From NCBI GenBank assembly GCA_027482685.1, contig JAIXVU010000008.1:68652-132651 (forward strand): a stretch of DNA of 64,000 nt. Reading direction: 5' to 3'. Below are positions 61,137 through 64,000 of the stretch, one piece after another. The position numbers were made by a program, and so were the translations under genes. Source of the stretch: a bacterium (GTDB lineage: Bacteria > Patescibacteriota > Minisyncoccia > Phycocordibacterales > UBA5272). A model generated the notes under the pieces. The model saw nothing but the letters and a program-made list of their open reading frames with translations, did no database searches and was not told the DNA's origin. Each line of letters starts with the position of its first letter. The first letter of the stretch is position 1.

Positions 61137-62678
61137 TTAGTCTTCAGAAGTGGACATAGCTTCTTTCTTTAGCGTAGATATTTTTCTCGTTACCTTCGTA
61201 ACTCGTCTTTTTCGTGAACCATGTTTTATGTATACTTTTCTTGCTATTTCTTTACTCGAAGCTTTCTTGACTCCGAAGGTTTTAAGTTTGTGCAGTTTGC
61301 TGGCTTCTTTGAAGTTAACGATAGGACCTGGATATGCGCTTTGAGTTATTGTAAAAAGTGATACTTCCGGATATGCGAGGATATCCTCTATCTTTACATC
61401 TCGAAGTTCTGGTAGCCATTTTTTAACAAAGGTACAATTCGGATCTTGATCAAGAAGCTGCTTATGCGGACTATACACCCGTATTGTATTAATACCAATT
61501 ACCCCAGCTTGCATCTGCATCTGGCTCCAGTGGATACCAGGCTCATAATCCAAAAATATACTAGCAAGAAATCTCCCCACAAGACGCCAATCAAGATCAA
61601 GTCCAAACACTGCATAACTCACAAGAAGCGCCCTCATACGAAAATTAATAAATCCCGTTGTGCGCAAGCATCGTATACATGCATCAATAAGGACCTCTCC
61701 AGTCTGCCCAGCCATATACTTTTGGAAGAGCTCTTCATTATGTGTGTACTCTATCTGATTAAACTCACTATTAATAGCAGTAAGTGGCATCATACAATCA
61801 TCTTCAATACGCTGAACAAAATGCCCCCTCCAGTGAAGCCGCTCAGTAGCTGCAAGGAGTCCACTTTTCTTTTTCTTATCTTCGTGTACCTGTATCATGT
61901 TTGAAAATGTATGATGTATATATCTCACTGATAAGCTTCCGTAAGAAATAAACTGTGATAATCGTGACCCATGCAGAAGAGCACTATTTGGACTAGATAT
62001 GCCACCTCTATAGCCACCTACTCTTACATCAACAAATGATTGTAGAACCTTCATGCCACATTTTTCGGAGCATTTTTCGAGCTGATACTTTTTTCCTATG
62101 TTATTTTTTATACGTTCTAACGATGCTACTACGTTATCGACACCAAACTCTTTTGTAAGATCGATACTACTTACACTGCGTAGTCGTGGTATTGGCATTA
62201 TACTTGAGCTTAGGCACTCTCTTATAGACTGATTTCTTGTATCTCTGCTAGTAAGCCTCCTTACGATACCACTATGAGGAATTTGTATCCAAGATATAGC
62301 ATTCTCCTTGCAGAACCTTAGGATTCTTTTGTCTCTTCTATAGGTACCATATGTACCTGCTTCTTCATGACTTATGAGATATTGCACCTTTTCCTTGTTA
62401 TGTATTTTTTCTAAAAGATGTATAACACTTCCATGAAAAATAACTGGAGAAATACCATGGTGCATATAGTTATGATAAAGCGGCAGCATAGCACTCAAAA
62501 CTCCATACTGTTGAAACTCTGAGAATTCATACGATGTATCTTCGTTTTCTATGAGATCAGTCTCGAGTCCCATAATAGGAAGCATTGGCATATTTTCTTC
62601 TACACTTATGGCAACAGCTTTATGCAAAGCCTCATTATCATGAAGCCTAAAATCTCTTTTGTGAAAATAAATAATCAT
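61137..62678 (-). CDS. Cryptochrome/photolyase family protein
   Basis: KRDFRLHDNEAL, SRLSQFISYG, GFINFRMRA and DYEPGIHWSQMQMQAG. Confidence 0.9.
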   Translation of the reverse strand: MIIYFHKRDFRLHDNEALHKAVAISVEENMPMLPIMGLETDLIENEDTSYEFSEFQQYGVLSAMLPLYHNYMHHGISPVIFHGSVIHLLEKIHNKEKVQYLISHEEAGTYGTYRRDKRILRFCKENAISWIQIPHSGIVRRLTSRDTRNQSIRECLSSSIMPIPRLRSVSSIDLTKEFGVDNVVASLERIKNNIGKKYQLEKCSEKCGMKVLQSFVDVRVGGYRGGISSPNSALLHGSRLSQFISYGSLSVRYIHHTFSNMIQVHEDKKKKSGLLAATERLHWRGHFVQRIEDDCMMPLTAINSEFNQIEYTHNEELFQKYMAGQTGEVLIDACIRCLRTTGFINFRMRALLVSYAVFGLDLDWRLVGRFLASIFLDYEPGIHWSQMQMQAGVIGINTIRVYSPHKQLLDQDPNCTFVKKWLPELRDVKIEDILAYPEVSLFTITQSAYPGPIVNFKEASKLHKLKTFGVKKASSKEIARKVYIKHGSRKRRVTKVTRKISTLKKEAMSTSED

Positions 62679-62845
62679 AGCAATACTTATAATACTACCG
62701 TATCTTAAGCATAATGATAATCAAAAAAGACAGCTACTATACTAAGAAGTATATATAGAGAAGACAAGATTCTCTTATATATCACTCATCCACCGCTCAA
62801 CAAAAATGGCCACCTGGGTTCTAGGGTGGCGCATTTTTGTACAAG

Positions 62846-62932
62846 CGGAGAAAGTGGGATTCGAACCCACGGGGCTAATAAAAGCCCGACGGTTTAGTAA
62901 ACCGTTGATTTAAACCACTCATCCATTTCTCC
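62846..62932 (-). tRNA. tRNA-Ser(ACT)
   Basis: GGAGAAA acceptor, ACGGT-TT ACT AA-ACCGT, long variable arm GGGCT..AGCCC, GGTTCGAATCC and G73. Confidence 0.88.
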
Positions 62933-63040
62933 AAAGTCATCGTAGTATACACGAAAACAAAGAACTTTTCCTCCCCATCATTTTTGCAAAAAAATACTCT
63001 TAACACCACAGCTACAGCTCTTATGCTACACTTTTATTAT

Positions 63041-63733
63041 ATGAAACAAAATAAAATATCGTACAGTCTTTACGCATTAATTGGTATTCTAAGTATTGCA
63101 GTTGGATATTATATCTACACTACAAGTACAAAAGAAAAAGTTACTTCCGGCGCTTCCCCTTCCATGTCATTTTTTATTACATCAGCAAACCCAGGCAGTG
63201 GCGCTAACCTAGGAGGACTCGCTGGTGCTGATATGTACTGCAAAACTCTCGCAGAGCGCTCTGGTCTTACAGGTAAGGAGTGGCGTGCATACTTAAGCAC
63301 TACAGCAAGTGGTAGTCAAAAGGCTGTGAACGCACGAGACAGAATCGGAAACGGTCCATGGTACAACTACAAAGGTGAACTCGTTGCGTCAAATCTAGAA
63401 GAGCTTCATTCTGAAAATAAAATTACGAAAATAACTGCTCTCACAGAAAAAGGAGAGATAGTTTCAGGGCGAGGTGATGCTGTTAACGTTCACGATATCT
63501 TAACCGGATCAAATGACAAAGGAATGCTCGTAGCAACATCAACCGATACAACATGTAGTAACTGGACATCCTCAGATAAAGGATCTGCATATGTTGGCCA
63601 TCATGACAGAATAGGTATCAACGACTCCCAAGCCATGAAGTCATGGAATTCATCCCATCTATCACGTGGCTGTAGTTTAGAAGGACTCAAGTCTACAGGT
63701 GGTGGTGGACTCTTCTACTGCTTTGCACAATAA
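63041..63733 (+). CDS. Membrane-anchored lectin/endostatin-like protein
   Basis: TM anchor, FFITS...GANLGGLAGADMYC..LA, WRAYLST, ARDRIG.GPW and GLFYCFA. Confidence 0.8.
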   Translation: MKQNKISYSLYALIGILSIAVGYYIYTTSTKEKVTSGASPSMSFFITSANPGSGANLGGLAGADMYCKTLAERSGLTGKEWRAYLSTTASGSQKAVNARDRIGNGPWYNYKGELVASNLEELHSENKITKITALTEKGEIVSGRGDAVNVHDILTGSNDKGMLVATSTDTTCSNWTSSDKGSAYVGHHDRIGINDSQAMKSWNSSHLSRGCSLEGLKSTGGGGLFYCFAQ

Positions 63734-63806
63734 AAAATAGACTAGGCACTTACAACAACACGTCCCAAGAGACGATGATAATTTCACCGCAAAATCTTTC
63801 TCGTTG

Positions 63807-63856
63807 CCGCAAAATAAAAAAGAGTCCGCATATGCGGACTCTTTTTTATTTTGCGG
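63807..63856. terminator. 50-bp perfect palindrome overlapping the tRNA-Ser 3' end
   Basis: CCGCAAAATAAAAAAGAGTCCGCAT-ATGCGGACTCTTTTTTATTTTGCGG. Confidence 0.75.
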
Positions 63857-63941
63857 AGACGATGAGATTCGAACTCATGAAGGTATTACTACCTTGCCTC
63901 GTTAGCAGTGAGGTGCCTTCGACCAGCTCAGCCACGTCTCC
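63854..63941 (-). tRNA. tRNA-Ser(GCT)
   Basis: GGAGACG acceptor, CT GCT AA, long variable arm, GTTCGAATC and G73. Confidence 0.95.
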
Positions 63942-64000
63942 GTATTGATATTCTACTACCTACACACTTTTCTGCACGTTTGTATATCTGTGATCGACCA

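Overview
This window is AT-leaning bacterial chromosome in the standard genetic code. The gene content and style suggest a Patescibacteria/CPR organism (Parcubacteria-like): a secretin-less type IV pilus locus next to comF, a gatA-gatC-ligA block, short RelA, Lys-rich RpoD and CCA-less tRNAs. That taxonomic placement is inference. Housekeeping genes include rel (partial), parB, miaA, gatABC, obgE, dnaG-rpoD, rpoBC, a DEAD-box helicase, prmC, murI, trhO and ligA. There is also a 13-gene type IV pilus cluster, three tandem photolyases, six tRNAs and many single-gene orphan cassettes. The most unusual signals are non-coding. (1) A conserved hairpin element sits downstream of tRNA-Asp and tRNA-fMet, with flanking arms rewritten to match each host tRNA. 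(2) Two covarying structured repeat families (A upstream, B downstream) bracket both rpoBC and the DEAD-box gene. (3) An intact-looking tRNA-Ser has the rare anticodon ACT and lies near a normal tRNA-Ser(GCT). (4) Degenerate tRNA copies with anti-anticodon segments lie in the leaders of two divergent CAU tRNAs. No CRISPR array, rRNA, transposase or integrase was seen.
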